Source of the DNA: Bacteroidales bacterium | GTDB taxonomy: Bacteria > Bacteroidota > Bacteroidia > Bacteroidales > UBA3824 | Assembly (NCBI GenBank): GCA_017530465.1 | Contig: JAFXMJ010000367.1 | Coordinates: forward strand, 1-27,118 | DNA: 27,118 nucleotides | Direction of reading: 5' to 3' | Part shown: positions 25,134 through 27,118 of the stretch, piece after piece | Position numbering within the stretch: position 1 is the first letter of the stretch | How the letters are laid out: each line of letters opens with the position of its first letter | The notes under the pieces: generated by a model | Seen by the model: only the letters and a program-made list of their open reading frames with translations | What the model was told of the DNA's origin: nothing | The model's database searches: none | Translations under genes and position numbers: made by a program

Positions 25134-26219
25134 ATGAAAACGAAGATATTGATATTCGCGGCGGTGGTGCTATTGTTGGGCATTGCTATTCCGTCGTGCC
25201 TCGAGAGAGGAGATTCCACAATCGTTTTGGAAGGTGGTGCCGCACGAAATGATGAACCCGCACCAGAGCCCGAACCCGAACCAAATCCCAATCCCAATCC
25301 TGAACCTGAGCCCAATCCCGAGGAAACTTCCATCAATGGTGGACATTATTTCCAAATCGGCAATGCCGTGTTCCACGAAGGCGTCATTCCTTCCGGCACG
25401 TGTGGCGGAGCATTGGAGGTATATATGAACGGTATGGTCTTGGCGGGCGGTACCAACATTGCAACTATTTATTCCGGAACTCAATACGACAAGTTTTATG
25501 TGGGCATCAATGGCGTGGACGGCTATTATGAGTATGTGCCTGAAACTATTCATCAAGAAGATGATTGGTATGTATATTCGATTCCGCTCGAATATTCTAT
25601 GGACTATCAAAGTGACATCGAGATTCAGATTTCAGCCAGCAAAGGCGACTGCGTTTCAAGTGTCTTTACCCAAGAGATTAAATTTGTGAAGAGCCAGGAG
25701 GGCGCGTTGAACGTAATCCTCACCTTCGACAATGCCAAGGACATCGATTTGCATGTGGTGACACCGTCGGGCATTGAGATTTATTATGGCTATACAGGAG
25801 GCTCTTTTTTAATGGAAGATGGCGAAATTGCGTTTATGGGTCTCGACCACGATTCCAATGCCGGGTGCAGCATCGACGGACTCAACAATGAAAACGTTGT
25901 CATCTCGGAGGCGTTTGTCGAGGCTGGCATATACGAGGTTTATGTCGATTTGTTTGACAATTGCAATCCCTCCATCGCTACCAATTGGACTTGTACCGTG
26001 CGTTACAAAGGCGAGCTTGTGAAACCCAATACAGGTACCAATCCGGCCACTGGCGTTTTCCCGGTTGGCGCATCCCCCTTTGACGATGACGAACATAACA
26101 ATCTTGTGATGACATTCTGTGTAGCCACGAGCAAGTCAGGCATTGATATCAGCAAAGTAACCTTCATGCCCAACCGCCCGAGCGAGGCATCATTGCAAAA
26201 AATCGCACGGAAAAGATGA
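25134..26219 (+). CDS. Lipoprotein with Pro/Glu/Asn linker and YfaP/DUF2135-like domain
   Basis: Lipobox IPSC, linker EPAPEPEPEPNPNPNPEPEPNPE, motif LNVILTFDNAKDIDLHVVTPSG...DHDSN...NENV...GIYEVYV. Confidence 0.7.
   Translation: MKTKILIFAAVVLLLGIAIPSCLERGDSTIVLEGGAARNDEPAPEPEPEPNPNPNPEPEPNPEETSINGGHYFQIGNAVFHEGVIPSGTCGGALEVYMNGMVLAGGTNIATIYSGTQYDKFYVGINGVDGYYEYVPETIHQEDDWYVYSIPLEYSMDYQSDIEIQISASKGDCVSSVFTQEIKFVKSQEGALNVILTFDNAKDIDLHVVTPSGIEIYYGYTGGSFLMEDGEIAFMGLDHDSNAGCSIDGLNNENVVISEAFVEAGIYEVYVDLFDNCNPSIATNWTCTVRYKGELVKPNTGTNPATGVFPVGASPFDDDEHNNLVMTFCVATSKSGIDISKVTFMPNRPSEASLQKIARKR
25254..25322 (+). repeat. Degenerate in-frame 6-bp repeats encoding the PE/PN linker
   Basis: gaaccc/gagccc/aatccc-type hexamers. 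Confidence 0.8.
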
Positions 26220-26238
26220 TTTTGTCAAGGTTTTTTAT

Positions 26239-26246
26239 TACCTTTG
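26239..26246 (+). promoter_or_regulatory. -7 element (TACCTTTG) of accA
   Basis: Consensus match 51 nt upstream of the ATG at 26298. Confidence 0.75.
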
Positions 26247-26297
26247 TGCCAACAAAAATAGGGTGTCAATTCGCCCCAAAAAATACATTGAAGACTT

Positions 26298-27118
26298 ATG
26301 CAACTACTTGAATTTGAACAGCCAATACAAGAACTCGAAGAGCAACTCGTAAAGGCAGAAGAGATACAGAAGGCAGGTAGCGTTGACGTAGAACAGACCA
26401 TCAACGACCTCAAAGCCAAGATTGTAAGCACTCGCAAGAACATCTATGACAACCTTACGCCATGGCAGCGCGTACAGGTGTCGAGGCATCCCGAGCGTCC
26501 CTATACATTGGGCTACATCAGGAACATTTGCGACGATTTCATTGAGCTCCACGGCGACCGCAACATCAAGGACGACACCGCGATGGTAGGCGGCTGGGGC
26601 ATGATTGGAGGTCAGTCGGTGATGTTTGTGGGTCAGCAGAAGGGCGAAAATACCAAGCTCCGCCAATACCGCAATTTTGGCATGGCAAACCCCGAAGGTT
26701 ACCGCAAGGCGCTCAGGCTCATGCGTATGGCTGAAAAATTCCAAAAGCCTGTTGTTACCTTCATCGACACCCCCGGCGCATATCCGGGCAGCGAGGCAGA
26801 GGAGCGCGGACAGGCAGAGGCTATAGCCCGCAATATCTACGAAATGTTCCGCATCAAGACCCCCATCATCTGCATTGTGATAGGCGAGGGCGCGTCGGGC
26901 GGTGCTATTGGCATAGGCGTTGGCGACAGGGTTTACATGCTCGAAAACACTTGGTATTCTGTAATTGCGCCCGAGAGCTGCTCGAGCATCCTGTGGCGCA
27001 GCTGGGACTTCAAGCGCGAAGCCGCAGCCGCACTCAAGCTCACAGCCAAGGATATGTACGCCAATAAGCTCATTGACGGCATCATCCCCGAACCCATTGG
27101 CGGTGCGCACACCAACCC
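26298..27118 (+). CDS. accA: Acetyl-CoA carboxylase carboxyltransferase alpha subunit, 3' truncated by the window edge (absent from the ORF track)
   Basis: Manual translation: [14 protein letters not shown]...[19 protein letters not shown]...ELHGDR...[18 protein letters not shown]...[21 protein letters not shown]...GEGASGGA...YSVIAPE. Confidence 0.97.
   Translation, partial: MQLLEFEQPIQELEEQLVKAEEIQKAGSVDVEQTINDLKAKIVSTRKNIYDNLTPWQRVQVSRHPERPYTLGYIRNICDDFIELHGDRNIKDDTAMVGGWGMIGGQSVMFVGQQKGENTKLRQYRNFGMANPEGYRKALRLMRMAEKFQKPVVTFIDTPGAYPGSEAEERGQAEAIARNIYEMFRIKTPIICIVIGEGASGGAIGIGVGDRVYMLENTWYSVIAPESCSSILWRSWDFKREAAAALKLTAKDMYANKLIDGIIPEPIGGAHTN

Noticed and set aside
24229-26297. Mobile element or prophage explanation for the accessory pair
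   Set aside because: I found no transposase, integrase, att-like direct repeats or terminal inverted repeats at its edges.
26304-27110. 268-aa minus-strand ORF
   Set aside because: It is the antisense shadow of accA, which is the real gene on the plus strand.

Overview
This 27.1 kb window is chromosomal DNA from a Bacteroidota organism, most likely Bacteroidales. The basis is eight TAnnTTTG -7 promoter motifs, AT-rich translation starts without Shine-Dalgarno sequences, and lineage-typical genes and order (DUF3127, DUF3109, acpP-fabF-rnc). It holds about 27 real CDS, mostly envelope and housekeeping genes. In order: a 5'-truncated Kelch-type protein, an OM beta-barrel, a small membrane protein, a secreted caspase-fold protein, a PlpD-like patatin, PAP2, DUF3127, two FKBP PPIases, a conserved hypothetical, a TlpA-like lipoprotein, sppA, ilvD, a BlaI/M56/mini-TonB/TonB block, a universal stress protein, a pdxA-like gene, deoC, acpP-fabF-rnc, DUF3109, a barrel plus lipoprotein pair, and a 3'-truncated accA that the ORF track missed. 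I saw no rRNA, tRNA, CRISPR array, transposase, integrase or recognisable defence system, and I cannot claim a large novel system. The best leads are four. (1) A BlaI-M56 module with three regularly spaced AACT-N8-AGTT operator-like sites, a degenerate M23-like sensor domain and a 73-aa TonB-anchor-only paralog. (2) Intact ORFs that have lost catalytic residues: PdxA-like, caspase-like and TlpA-like. (3) Two families of dispersed heptamer-built intergenic elements, one forming perfect 18-19 bp inverted repeats around variable GTAG-containing spacers. (4) A long hairpin just downstream of rnc. All family assignments come from motif recognition by eye, not database searches.
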